A stretch of 64,000 nt of DNA, from positions 60,608 to 124,607 of the IMG/VR virus record IMGVR_UViG_3300035208_005974. The stretch is one strand, 5' to 3'. The translations under genes and the position numbers were made by a program. The DNA comes from a virus. Lineage: Duplodnaviria > Caudoviricetes. Below the pieces are notes generated by a model. The model had not been told where the DNA came from. It ran no database searches and saw nothing but the letters and a program-made list of their open reading frames with translations. Shown piece after piece: positions 30,699 through 40,656 of this stretch. Position 1 is the stretch's first letter. The number at the start of each line of letters is the position of its first letter.

Positions 30699-30956
30699 TT
30701 ACCTCATTTCTCTTAATGCTTTTCGGCAATCTTTCTCATCCACTCCAAACTTGTTAGCCACGTGTTTCAAGGTTCTAGCATGCACCATTTCGCTATATGG
30801 ATAGGCGCGACTTGGGCTTCTAATCCCTCGGCAGCAATCATGCTTTTCTGATTCTGCTAGATAGAATCTGCCTCCGCTATCGAATTCGCCGGGTGGATGT
30901 ATTTTGCGGTCCTTTAGTTGCAAATATTCGGTTACTGCTTCTTGGATTTTTGACAT
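30699..30956 (-). CDS. Hypothetical protein
   Basis: GAGGTGA RBS and promoter; HP.G.FD.GGRFY...CC..IRSPSRAYPYS. Confidence 0.65.
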   Translation of the reverse strand: MSKIQEAVTEYLQLKDRKIHPPGEFDSGGRFYLAESEKHDCCRGIRSPSRAYPYSEMVHARTLKHVANKFGVDEKDCRKALREMR

Positions 30957-31046
30957 TTTAATTCACCTCAATAACTACTAGTACTTCCGAGAATATATAG
31001 TTTTTGGTAGGTTACATAAGAAGATATTAATAAAAATAATTATTAT

Positions 31047-31490
31047 TTATCTTCCTAGTATAATAGCCAATGCTTGTTTTTGACTATATGGATTATGATA
31101 AGTTGAATTCCCTGCTATATAGTCCGTTGCTTGTTTCAGCATACTTTTCTTAAAACCGGATCTGGTTCTCGGTTTTGAAAAGTCGCGCAATGCTTTAATA
31201 ACTGCTTGCTGTTGCAGGTTTCCAGTAACTTTACTTGCTATGTCTTCAGGTACTGACTCTATTTGTATTTTAATTGCATGACAAAATTCTGATGTCCTTC
31301 TGTCACCTGTACATTCGTGTATGGGTACATTATTATTATAATTTCCAAATCTATGAAATCTCATACCTTCAAGTATGGTTACTGGCATTTCGCTGCCTGA
31401 TTTGGTTGGATACATATAAATCAAATTCCCACAATCACAAAGGACAATTTTACTGTTTTCTGGTACTTGTTCATATTGTTCGTGATACAT
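31047..31490 (-). CDS. Hypothetical protein
   Basis: Shares a duplicated promoter block with the 30956 gene. Confidence 0.65.
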   Translation of the reverse strand: MYHEQYEQVPENSKIVLCDCGNLIYMYPTKSGSEMPVTILEGMRFHRFGNYNNNVPIHECTGDRRTSEFCHAIKIQIESVPEDIASKVTGNLQQQAVIKALRDFSKPRTRSGFKKSMLKQATDYIAGNSTYHNPYSQKQALAIILGR

Positions 31491-31584
31491 AATAAGTCAC
31501 CTCTTTTTACCAAGTACTACTAGTACTTCCGAGAATATATAGTTTTTGGTAGGCCATAAAAAAATAAAAATTTAATTAAAACTC

Positions 31585-32061
31585 CTATAATACATTGATC
31601 GTTGTATTGTTACGACGTGGCGTGTAATAGCCTCTTTCTTTACCGAAGTATTGATTGAAATTTTTTACAGCATATACACCATATTTTTTTATGAGTTCTC
31701 TCTGGTCGTCCTCTGATAGATAGGCCATAAACCTATACAAGTATGTTATGTTTGTTTCTTCGTTACGTAACATTTCTTGAAGTTCTGGTATTCCATACTT
31801 CAGTATTGCTTTGACATTACCTATATAGGTTCTACTGAGGCCTGTCATGTGCGCTACTGACTCAATACGCATACTAGGATATCTTTCTACAGCCGCTATT
31901 ACTTGCTGGGTCTTGCTCAGATTTACTGTATCGGACACAACCTTCTTTTCAACAACAACTTTTTGGATGCTAGACTCATCTGGAAGTTGGAACATTATTG
32001 TTACATTCGTGGCGTTCTTTGGCACTACAAAATTTATATTTCGTATTTCTGTATTTGACAT
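31585..32061 (-). CDS. HTH-containing protein (paralog of 32104..32676)
   Basis: VAHMTGLSRTYI; shared GIPELQ.MLRNEET and NNTT.NV. Confidence 0.7.
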   Translation of the reverse strand: MSNTEIRNINFVVPKNATNVTIMFQLPDESSIQKVVVEKKVVSDTVNLSKTQQVIAAVERYPSMRIESVAHMTGLSRTYIGNVKAILKYGIPELQEMLRNEETNITYLYRFMAYLSEDDQRELIKKYGVYAVKNFNQYFGKERGYYTPRRNNTTINVL

Positions 32062-32103
32062 ATTTTGCCCCTGAATACTAAAAAATATAAATTTTCGTAT
32101 TAT

Positions 32104-32676
32104 TCATTTGAAAACATTAACGGTTGTATTATTATTACCATAGCCGTATCGCTTTTTATATATTGTCCCATGCTTTCTACGCTCTTCGTTGAGGAATCTG
32201 TTGTAATCTATGACTGCGTTCACACCAAATTCTTGGATGTACTTTCTCTGGTCGTCTACTGATACACCAACCATAAATCTATAAAGATACGTGGCACTGG
32301 TTTCCTCGTTACGTAGCATTTTCTGGAGTTCTGGTATACCGCGCTTCAAGACATTTCTAACTTCCCCGATAAATGTCTCACTCAGACCAGAACACTTAGC
32401 TAATTCTACAGTAGTTTTGCGCGGATATATTTCAATGTAAGTTATTGCTCGCTTTACCTTACTCAGCGACTTGCTTAACACTTTGCTTGTAATTGTTTCA
32501 TCCAATACACTTGGTTTTGTATTTGCTGGCGTTAAATCACTGTGCTTACGAAATCCATCGTTCATGGTAATGTTTCCGGAATTTCTGGAATCGGTTGTCG
32601 GTATTTGAAAAGTAACACTAACGTTTATGGCGTTCTTTGGCAATACCAAATCTATGTGTCGTACTTCATCAGACAT
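32104..32676 (-). CDS. HTH-containing protein (paralog of 31585..32061)
   Basis: LAKCSGLSETFI; GIPELQKMLRNEET. Confidence 0.7.
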   Translation of the reverse strand: MSDEVRHIDLVLPKNAINVSVTFQIPTTDSRNSGNITMNDGFRKHSDLTPANTKPSVLDETITSKVLSKSLSKVKRAITYIEIYPRKTTVELAKCSGLSETFIGEVRNVLKRGIPELQKMLRNEETSATYLYRFMVGVSVDDQRKYIQEFGVNAVIDYNRFLNEERRKHGTIYKKRYGYGNNNTTVNVFK

Positions 32677-32790
32677 CTTATTATACCTCTAAGGAGTAGT
32701 TATACGTCCTAGTATATAAGTATTTTTGTTGACACGTTCTACTAAGGGGTAATAAGATGTGAAATGATTTATAAAAAAGATACTAAAAAT

Positions 32791-32865
32791 CGGCCCTCTT
32801 CATCAAAAAGAACACAAGGAAAGATGAAAATCCCTTGTGCCTCTTTGGTGGTTTTTGGGGGTATA
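32791..32865 (-). ncRNA. Hairpin RNA family, copy D
   Basis: ACCCCCAAAAA, a long stem with G-U pairs, then GAGGGCC; located after a TTTATATA box. Confidence 0.5.
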
Positions 32866-32908
32866 TTGTAAAACGTTGTTCTAGTATATAAAGTTTACGG
32901 TCGGGTTT

Positions 32909-32943
32909 CGTAAAATTGAAAATTCTTTTATTTATTTTGATTA
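32909..32943 (+). promoter_or_regulatory. Candidate late promoter
   Basis: CGTAAAA-N16-TTATTTTGATTA. Confidence 0.55.
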
Positions 32944-32987
32944 ACGTTTATCATTTATTATAAATAACATAGGAGAATAAGAAAACT

Positions 32988-33131
32988 ATGTGGATCTTTA
33001 ATGAAAAAGCACAGGATTGGAAATACGTTACCAATGAACAGTTCCTGGAAATGTCGAAGAAAATGAATAATATTAAGGTTATGGATGAACCAGAAAAAAA
33101 ATCCAAAAAGAGAACAAAGAAATCCAAATAA
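32988..33131 (+). CDS. Small basic protein
   Basis: AGGAG RBS; 47-aa ORF between two copies of the late motif. Confidence 0.5.
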   Translation: MWIFNEKAQDWKYVTNEQFLEMSKKMNNIKVMDEPEKKSKKRTKKSK

Positions 33132-33152
33132 ACGACAACCTTATATATATTT

Positions 33153-33186
33153 CGTAAAATTGAAAAGTCTTGATTTATTTTGATTA
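33153..33186 (+). promoter_or_regulatory. Candidate late promoter
   Basis: CGTAAAA-N15-TTATTTTGATTA upstream of the head operon. Confidence 0.6.
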
Positions 33187-33206
33187 ACGTTTATAAATGT
33201 TTATAG

Positions 33207-35354
33207 GTGATTGCAATTACCAAAAAAGATATTGTTGATATGGTTGTCGAGGAAGATCCACCTATCAAAGAAAATGGTTGGGACGGTGCGACAAGCAAAA
33301 GTCAACTTTTTGATTTTGCGAGAGATGAGGAAGGCAATCTTCAAAAAGAAAAAATAGAAAATTATTTTTTGAAGGTTGAAGGTGATGGTCTAGTAGAATC
33401 TGATTATAGTTATCCTGTTGGCAAGATAGTAGATGGTAAACCTGAATATGACCTAGAAGGATTGCAGGCTGCTTTCTCGGCGGCAATGGGTTCTCATACT
33501 GGAATTGAGCATGAAAAGTTAGCTGAAAGGGCTGCTAATCTTGCTAAAGAAAACTTTGGCCTGGAAATGCTTACCGACGGCATGAAAGACGTTCTCGGTA
33601 TCAAGGAAAATTCTGCATACGTTACTGCTTCCGGCGACATGGTAATTGAGGAAACTACTCCCATTAATGATTATCCTAATGAATCAAACAATGCTGACGT
33701 TGCTTGGACTCCTGAAAAAGCAAAACAAGATTTAATTGAGTGGGCTACTTCTGACGGCAAAATCAGTAAGAAAAAGCTGATGAAGTATTTTCTGGATGTC
33801 GATGGAGGGGATGCACAAAACGTCGATTCTTACAGGTATGTAGTGGGAGCAATTGTAGATACAGAACCTCAATATTGTCTACGATGTTTAGACGATAGCT
33901 GGGAATTGGCTTCTGGAAAAAGGACTGGCGTTGCTAACCGAACCGTTATGAAAAAAATTGTTTTCCTCAAGGAACGCGAAGGAATGCCGCTTACCGAAGA
34001 ACAAATGGAATTTACCCAACGACATATGTCTGCTCCCATCAACGATTCCGAAATCAAACTCAATGAATATGTTTTGCAGGATGCTAGTGAAATGGGTAAC
34101 ATTGCGGTTGTAAATAGTACCGACATTAAATTGAATTCTGCGTTGTCCGGTTCCAAAGTTATCTATGAAGACGATAATGTAATTGACGTTCCTGTTGTTC
34201 CGATGCGAGAAGGTGTTTTTACTGGTTCTGATGGTGTTCCCACCCTCAAGAAGTTTGAATATTTTAGTAAAGACGCTCATTGGCTTGATGGACAACCAAT
34301 TCTTAAAGGACATACAGCTCCCACGGAACTTGTTACATATAAACATGATCGTATTGGCAAACTTACCAATGTAATGACACGACCCGATAAAAAGGATGTT
34401 GTAGCCGTTGCTAGATATTATAAAAATAAATTAAGCCCGGATGACCTTGCAAAAATTAAATCTGGTATTCCTTATGATGGTTCGATTGCATATACTACGC
34501 ATACCACATTTGGGGATGGTGAATACGACGGTAAGCGATATGGTGCAATTGAAGACGGCGGATATCACTTTTATCATTTCGCGGATCTTGGTAGTGAAAG
34601 AGGCGCTTGTTCTCATGAGGAAGGCTGCGGATTTCTATTAAATGAGGCTCCTAAAACCGATTCTTTTTACAATGAATTAAGGCGCGCAGACATAACAACA
34701 ACCACTAATAACAATTATAGTATTAAATTAAATTCAAAAACATGTAATGACGTTATTTTGGAAACAAATGACAAAAATGAGGCCATTGCGTTGTCTAAAA
34801 CTTTCGTTAAAAATGGAAATATTCCCAAACAAAACAAATGTAACGATGATAAAAAATATAATTCACAAATTGTAGGTAATAATATGACAGAAGAATATAT
34901 TAATCCAGAAGACGTACAAAAGCTTCCCGTGGAAGAAGAGAAAGACGACACCGTTGAAGCTAAACTTAACGAAGTCGATGAATCACTCGCTATGAAAGAC
35001 CAGGAAATTGCTAGCCTTAAAGAACAAATGGCTGCATTGCAAGCCCGGCTCGATGATCTCCTAATGAAACAACAGGAAGCCGAAAAGGAAGAAGCTGATA
35101 AGGCTGCTGAGGAAGATTTCCAGGCATTCGGCCAAAAACTAAATGCCGCCCATCGGAAAGATGCTCGTGTCCATTATGATAACTTCTTAAAGACTGGCTG
35201 GAAGTATATTGCTGCAAATCCCGAAGTTTTTAAGATGGATATTCCCAAAATGAACGCACGTGGCATTCCTGCGGAAGGAGAAGACGTTTCCGAGTTGTCT
35301 AAGGCTCGTGCAGAACTGCAGAAAACCCTTTCTTCTAATTATAGACGAAAATAA
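33207..35354 (+). CDS. Putative prohead protease/scaffold (DUF2213-like core, C-terminal coiled coil)
   Basis: Position before the capsid genes; VPMREGV...QPILKGH...RIG...HFA..GACS..GCG core; acidic coiled-coil tail; two related N-terminal repeats. Confidence 0.72.
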   Translation: MIAITKKDIVDMVVEEDPPIKENGWDGATSKSQLFDFARDEEGNLQKEKIENYFLKVEGDGLVESDYSYPVGKIVDGKPEYDLEGLQAAFSAAMGSHTGIEHEKLAERAANLAKENFGLEMLTDGMKDVLGIKENSAYVTASGDMVIEETTPINDYPNESNNADVAWTPEKAKQDLIEWATSDGKISKKKLMKYFLDVDGGDAQNVDSYRYVVGAIVDTEPQYCLRCLDDSWELASGKRTGVANRTVMKKIVFLKEREGMPLTEEQMEFTQRHMSAPINDSEIKLNEYVLQDASEMGNIAVVNSTDIKLNSALSGSKVIYEDDNVIDVPVVPMREGVFTGSDGVPTLKKFEYFSKDAHWLDGQPILKGHTAPTELVTYKHDRIGKLTNVMTRPDKKDVVAVARYYKNKLSPDDLAKIKSGIPYDGSIAYTTHTTFGDGEYDGKRYGAIEDGGYHFYHFADLGSERGACSHEEGCGFLLNEAPKTDSFYNELRRADITTTTNNNYSIKLNSKTCNDVILETNDKNEAIALSKTFVKNGNIPKQNKCNDDKKYNSQIVGNNMTEEYINPEDVQKLPVEEEKDDTVEAKLNEVDESLAMKDQEIASLKEQMAALQARLDDLLMKQQEAEKEEADKAAEEDFQAFGQKLNAAHRKDARVHYDNFLKTGWKYIAANPEVFKMDIPKMNARGIPAEGEDVSELSKARAELQKTLSSNYRRK

Positions 35355-35392
35355 ATAAACATTAAATAAATTTTTATGGAGATAAAACAAAA

Positions 35393-36079
35393 ATGGCAAC
35401 AATTCCAACTTATATGACTTTCAAGGGTGTTAAGACTCCTGGAAGCGGAATTATTAAAACTGGTGTGGCTGCAAGCGAAATACCGTTTGGTGCCTTTGTA
35501 ACAAGGTCAGCTGACGGCACAATCAAAGCACAAGTAAGCAGTGTTCCTTATACTTATTTAGGGGTTGCGGTAGATGATCAGCGTCAGCAAATGCCCTATG
35601 ATGGCTTTTATGCCGCTGGCAAGAAAGTACCTTATATTGCAACTGGAACTGCTAATGTTTGGCTACTTGGTGGACAAACTATTGATGCAGGAGACTTCGT
35701 TAGATTTCCCACAACCTTAGGTGCTGGAACTGAATCCCTCGGTGTTGTAATTCCGGAAACAGATCCAATCATAAGAACCGCATATTCCGTAGGAAGAGTT
35801 CTAGAAATGGCTGATGCTGGCGACGCGAACTATGATCAAACAGTTACTTCATTCGTTGGATCAGTAGTGACTTTTGATTTAGCCGCCACTATTGCCCACT
35901 TGGATCTTGTGGAAGGCGATTACGTAGTCATTGATTCTGATGAAGCTGCTGAAGTTAATAGGGTCGTGGATCCTCTTACATCCGCCAAAACCATTACTAT
36001 GGAAAAGGATCTACTCGCTTCTCATGCTACCAGCATAACCATGTACAAACTTGTACAGATTGAGGTCGAGCTTATTTAA
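35393..36079 (+). CDS. Capsid decoration/cement protein
   Basis: Lies between scaffold and MCP; IPFGAFV...LGVAV pattern. Confidence 0.6.
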   Translation: MATIPTYMTFKGVKTPGSGIIKTGVAASEIPFGAFVTRSADGTIKAQVSSVPYTYLGVAVDDQRQQMPYDGFYAAGKKVPYIATGTANVWLLGGQTIDAGDFVRFPTTLGAGTESLGVVIPETDPIIRTAYSVGRVLEMADAGDANYDQTVTSFVGSVVTFDLAATIAHLDLVEGDYVVIDSDEAAEVNRVVDPLTSAKTITMEKDLLASHATSITMYKLVQIEVELI

Positions 36080-36136
36080 GTAGGCCTTAATATAATTTTT
36101 AAATACTTATAATGAATTTTATGGAGAAATACACAA

Positions 36137-37060
36137 ATGGCAGACACTAATCTAACTTACGGTTCCTTTATTCCTGACGAAGTTGTTACAGCCTGGGTTC
36201 AGGAAATTAACCAATATGAGTTGAATTATAGACCCGAAATGGTAGCAAGAAATGTTCTACCGCGAAGAGAAGTCGGAACACAAATTGATATCGATGCTAT
36301 TTCCTATTACCAGTCTACGAGTGGACGGGCACAGATTGTGGCTAAAGGCGCCGCACCACAGCCGTTCACCATGAAGACCAAGGTCGAAAAGCACGAAATG
36401 TATCAGTTTATGGACGGTTTCATGGTAAACGAGAGGGATCTTGCTAAGGCGCAGGGTGCAACCATGAAGGCTAAAGAAATTGATAGTGCGTTAGCTATGA
36501 TACATTCTGCAGAAGATTACATTCTAATGAATGGAGATAGTGATCTTGGTATTGATGGTATTGTTGATGTTGCTCATGTAAATGCAAACGGTAAGATCCT
36601 AGCAAACAACGAAAGCGCAACTGGCAACGATATCGTTAACATGGGTGCATGGGATGGTTCTGGGGACACTAGAGATCCTTATGAGGACGTTATAAATGCT
36701 ATCCGCATGATGGATCACAGATTTAAGCCTTATGGCTTGGTAGCTGACAGAACAACCATGGCTTACCTTAACATGAAGGATTCAGAAAGAATTCCGTTCT
36801 GGAAAGGCATGGGACCCCTATTTGGTAAGGCTGATGATGATAGATCCTGGATGATTGAATCTCAGCATACTCCAACTGGATATGCATATGTTATACCTTA
36901 TGATCCTCAGGCTGCAGAATTTGTCGTAAGCCAGGACATTGATATTGCTGATGATTATCCCAAGCAACCCGGCGGAAATTACTACGTGGAAATCAAAGAA
37001 TGGATTCATCCTGTAGAAATACACGTGGGCACAGCGTTTGTGGAAATCTGCACAACTTAA
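36137..37060 (+). CDS. Major capsid protein (HK97 fold, encapsulin/linocin-like)
   Basis: 307 aa; position; VARNVLP and EDYILMNGD..LGIDG motifs. Confidence 0.8.
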   Translation: MADTNLTYGSFIPDEVVTAWVQEINQYELNYRPEMVARNVLPRREVGTQIDIDAISYYQSTSGRAQIVAKGAAPQPFTMKTKVEKHEMYQFMDGFMVNERDLAKAQGATMKAKEIDSALAMIHSAEDYILMNGDSDLGIDGIVDVAHVNANGKILANNESATGNDIVNMGAWDGSGDTRDPYEDVINAIRMMDHRFKPYGLVADRTTMAYLNMKDSERIPFWKGMGPLFGKADDDRSWMIESQHTPTGYAYVIPYDPQAAEFVVSQDIDIADDYPKQPGGNYYVEIKEWIHPVEIHVGTAFVEICTT

Positions 37061-37110
37061 AAGTAAGAATACGTTTCTTACTTTTTTAAGATTTTTTATG
37101 GGGTTCAATT

Positions 37111-37881
37111 ATGGTTAATCAAAAATTTTCAAAATTAACAGGTCCTCAAACTAAAGTGATGGCAAATCTAGATGAGGAAGTTCCTGATCTGGCAACGGAT
37201 AAGGTTCCGTTTTTGCAGGAAGGAGTTGCCAAGAAAGTGGATATTGCTGATCTGGTTGATGGTATGACTGGGATCGTTACAGCAACTGGACTTGACAACG
37301 CCGATGGTGTTCTTAGTGTCGATATTGCTGGACTTGATCCAAAAACAGAACCAGTTGCTGCTGATTCTGTTGCTATTTGTGATAGTGAAGCCACAAACGC
37401 CCTAAAGGAAGCTACTCTTACAAATCTAGCGAAACCTCTTGCTGGTGTTATGGCAGGGGTCGCTGATACAACTGGTTTAAGTGACACTGCTGGTGTTTTG
37501 ACTGTTGCTGCCAAGATCGCACATTTGGAGGACGCATTACTTAAGGGTTGTACAACCGTTCCTATGAGTTTTGAAACCGACGAACAAACCACCACAAAAA
37601 TATACTTCCCAATGAAAGTTACTATTAACAAGATTCGCGGCATTGTTATGAAGGCAGTTGCCGATACGAATAATGGTACTATAACTTGTGGTAATTCTGC
37701 AGGTGATTCTGCGAATGGTGTTATAACAGCAATAGCATCTGCTGTATTAAATACTGAATATTTGGTGTCGCCCACCACAAATAATATCGTTTTGGCAGAC
37801 GAACACTATTATTTAACCAGTGCAAAGGCTAATCCCGGTGGCAAGGTATTGGTTTCCTTAGAATGGACAATAACTGCATAA
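37111..37881 (+). CDS. Virion structural protein
   Basis: Ala/Thr/Val-rich protein following the MCP. Confidence 0.6.
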   Translation: MVNQKFSKLTGPQTKVMANLDEEVPDLATDKVPFLQEGVAKKVDIADLVDGMTGIVTATGLDNADGVLSVDIAGLDPKTEPVAADSVAICDSEATNALKEATLTNLAKPLAGVMAGVADTTGLSDTAGVLTVAAKIAHLEDALLKGCTTVPMSFETDEQTTTKIYFPMKVTINKIRGIVMKAVADTNNGTITCGNSAGDSANGVITAIASAVLNTEYLVSPTTNNIVLADEHYYLTSAKANPGGKVLVSLEWTITA

Positions 37882-37912
37882 AGTAGTTGCAATATTTTTT
37901 GGTGGCACTAAA

Positions 37913-38338
37913 ATGAGAATTTATGATGCATATCGATTAGGCTTAATAACACACGATGAGTATTCGATGTTATTGGCTTCAGGTAGGTCGCCAAATTCTG
38001 TTTATTCTGAATATGGAGGCGGTGAGGTTCCTCCTGGTTTTTCAAACTTTGTGGAAGGAACTACCACTTCTTCGATAACATCTGCGTTAGATTGTTATGT
38101 AACTAGTTTTGGTAAACAATCGGTTTCTGTATTTAATACTAGCCCCTCAAATTCTATGAACGTAATTATAGAATATTATGTAGCTAGTATATTAAGTAAT
38201 ACCATTGAACAGACAATTGAACCAAACAATACGTATTTTATAGAAACTGAATCTTCATTTCAAAAGATTGTTGTTAAGGTTCAGGATACTGTTCCTGGTA
38301 TGCATTGTACATATAAAATTGGAATAGAAATGAGTTAA
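37913..38338 (+). CDS. Putative virion protein (N-terminus shared with 54715..55050)
   Basis: MRIYDAYRLGLITHDEY. Confidence 0.55.
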   Translation: MRIYDAYRLGLITHDEYSMLLASGRSPNSVYSEYGGGEVPPGFSNFVEGTTTSSITSALDCYVTSFGKQSVSVFNTSPSNSMNVIIEYYVASILSNTIEQTIEPNNTYFIETESSFQKIVVKVQDTVPGMHCTYKIGIEMS

Positions 38339-38397
38339 AAATCCAGGATTTCATTGGTCCCGGATATTGTATTTTTTAACATCAATGAGGTTATATT

Positions 38398-39081
38398 ATG
38401 AAAAAAGCTATTATTAATGGTGGCATCGGTTCTAAGGTTATTTGTGCTGTCACGGATGACGTTACTTTGGAAGCAGCCCCAATAAAAGGTACCGATAATG
38501 GTGATGGTACAGCATCGTTACTTGTTACGAGTTCAATGGCAGAACTTCCAGATACGGCGAGTGGTGACTTAGCTGCTATCAATTCAGCTTCTGCAAGTAT
38601 TGACGGAAAATTACCTGCACTAGTCGATGGCAAAATACCGGTTGATGTATCAGTTTCTATTGATTCTGTAGATATCGGTGATGTGGATATCAAGGAGTTT
38701 CCCGCTGGAAATCTCGGGCAGCAGCTTAAGGCCGCTTCTTTGTCAGTTGCACCAGCCACCGATATAGTGGATGCCACTTACATAGGCGACATCAAGTTTG
38801 GCGAAGAACTTCCCGCAGGAACTCAATTAGTCGGGAAAATCGGGATCGACCAGACCACACCCGGCACAACCAACTTGGTAAATGTAAATGGTGGAGCATC
38901 CCAGACAACCGATATTAAGGTAACACTTGACTCGGAATCAGTTGCTGTAACCGGCCCACTCACCAACGCGGAATTGACTGCACAGGCGTTGGCCACGGAA
39001 GCAACGCTTGGTACTATGCAGGCAGACATAGCCCACATGAAAGCCGATCTTGCAGCTATCTTAGCTATCCTGGAGAGCTGA
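38398..39081 (+). CDS. Putative fibre/adaptor protein
   Basis: Small-residue-rich with a C-terminal coiled coil; coupled to the DGR target gene. Confidence 0.55.
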   Translation: MKKAIINGGIGSKVICAVTDDVTLEAAPIKGTDNGDGTASLLVTSSMAELPDTASGDLAAINSASASIDGKLPALVDGKIPVDVSVSIDSVDIGDVDIKEFPAGNLGQQLKAASLSVAPATDIVDATYIGDIKFGEELPAGTQLVGKIGIDQTTPGTTNLVNVNGGASQTTDIKVTLDSESVAVTGPLTNAELTAQALATEATLGTMQADIAHMKADLAAILAILES

Positions 39082-39083
39082 TC

Positions 39084-40604
39084 ATGGGATTCTTGAACAG
39101 GCTGCCCGCCCGCCAGGACGGGTACTACAATCGCAACCGGATGTGGAAGAACAAGGGCAGCGATACGGCGGCCAATAGGAGGACCCTGGTCAGTCCCAGC
39201 CATATGCTCGTGAACATAGGTGGGGCCGGTGCTCATGCCTACGAGCTGGCTGCTGCTCTGGATATGGACCTGAACGAGTCTTTGGTCTGGGATACTCAGA
39301 CTCCCACAGACTATACAGTAGCGGCCAACCGTGCAGGCAAGGACTTCTACATCTATGTCTGTATACCCGGCAGCGGGTTCTCACCAATACTCATTCTGAG
39401 CGATGCGGCTACCTACCCATATGGGTATACGGCGGCTGATAGCAGAAAGATAGGCGGCTTCCACTGCGAATGTGTGGACGTGGGCACGATCTCCGGCCAT
39501 CCCCTCACAGGCTACCTGGCAGGAGATATCATCCCCCGGTCTTGCTGGGATCTGTCGCACAGATCAGCAGGTGCTCAGGCCGGTATGGTCTGGGCCGGGA
39601 AGACCGACTTTGACACCGTTGTGGGCCCTAAGATCTGGGTTGCCATCTATCTCGCATCAGGCACTGGATCGAGCACCGCTTCAGTCAACGGCGGCACGAT
39701 CTCAGATACCCGAGACTGGATGAGTTTCGTGGACGACTTCGCCGCGATCGGCTGCCGGATGATGGAAGATGACGAATTTCAGGCCATAGCTGCTGGCAGC
39801 AACGAAGAAACCAACATTGCCGGATCTGCCGATCCCGTAACCACCGGCGGCCATCTCGATACAGCTAGCCGGAGGATGATCAGCAACATAGGTTGTGAGG
39901 ACTGCTGCGGCGCAATGAACCAATGGCTCCGAACTCAGAGCTATCGTGCAGACTTCGATGGATCTGTCGCGGCTGCTTCCAAGACGGCCACTATCACTCA
40001 TGCGGCTTCACCGGGCGGCAACCCCATCTACCTGAAGATGCTGGCAGACGGGTCACCCTATCTGTGCTGCAACATGGCTACGGATACCGTGGACAAATGG
40101 GTATCCTTTGGCAGCAATACTCTGTCCATTCTGATCAAGCATGACGCCGATGCAGCGACCGGGGGCACGCAAGTCTATTTCGACGAAGACGCAACGCAAC
40201 CATCCAGACTCCTGGCAAACATGGCCCGAGGAAAGAACTGCTATGTTCAGGCATATCCGAACACCGATTATCAACTCCAGGTGACGCATAGCGCAACGGC
40301 CTCTTCTCTTGGTGTGGCAGTGACCTATGACGATGCCAGCGACGAAAGGCTGGAGTTTGTCAGCCCAACAGCAGCGAACGGCACGCTAGATCTAGCTTTA
40401 GGGGCGATCGCGTTCGGATACTACGATCCGCCCGGAGCGAAGGGCAGCATCTACAAGCAAGGAACTTATGGCGATGTTAAGCTGCTCGGCGGCGGCGCTT
40501 GGAATTATGCGGCTACCGCGGGTTCGCGGGCGCGTTATGCGGTTTACTCTCGGTGGTATGCGACTTCGCCTTACGGCGGTCGCTTTGTCGCGGAGTCGCT
40601 GTAA
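39084..40604 (+). CDS. DGR target protein, Mtd-like receptor-binding protein with C-terminal CLec-fold variable region
   Basis: Mtd-like YIY...GYTAADSRKIGGFH; EDCCG..NQW; C-terminal LLGGG.W...GSR...GGRF. Confidence 0.88.
   Translation: MGFLNRLPARQDGYYNRNRMWKNKGSDTAANRRTLVSPSHMLVNIGGAGAHAYELAAALDMDLNESLVWDTQTPTDYTVAANRAGKDFYIYVCIPGSGFSPILILSDAATYPYGYTAADSRKIGGFHCECVDVGTISGHPLTGYLAGDIIPRSCWDLSHRSAGAQAGMVWAGKTDFDTVVGPKIWVAIYLASGTGSSTASVNGGTISDTRDWMSFVDDFAAIGCRMMEDDEFQAIAAGSNEETNIAGSADPVTTGGHLDTASRRMISNIGCEDCCGAMNQWLRTQSYRADFDGSVAAASKTATITHAASPGGNPIYLKMLADGSPYLCCNMATDTVDKWVSFGSNTLSILIKHDADAATGGTQVYFDEDATQPSRLLANMARGKNCYVQAYPNTDYQLQVTHSATASSLGVAVTYDDASDERLEFVSPTAANGTLDLALGAIAFGYYDPPGAKGSIYKQGTYGDVKLLGGGAWNYAATAGSRARYAVYSRWYATSPYGGRFVAESL
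40479..40594 (+). repeat. DGR variable repeat (VR)
   Basis: Aligns ungapped to 40657-40772; most mismatches are at TR adenines. Confidence 0.9.
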
Positions 40605-40656
40605 TTGTTATTCTGAGTGCGGAAGTCGCATTCTGATATAATAGGCTAGGCGAGTC

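Noticed and set aside
36137-37060. Cellular encapsulin/bacteriocin
   Set aside because: The context of portal, MuF, scaffold and terminase indicates a viral capsid protein.
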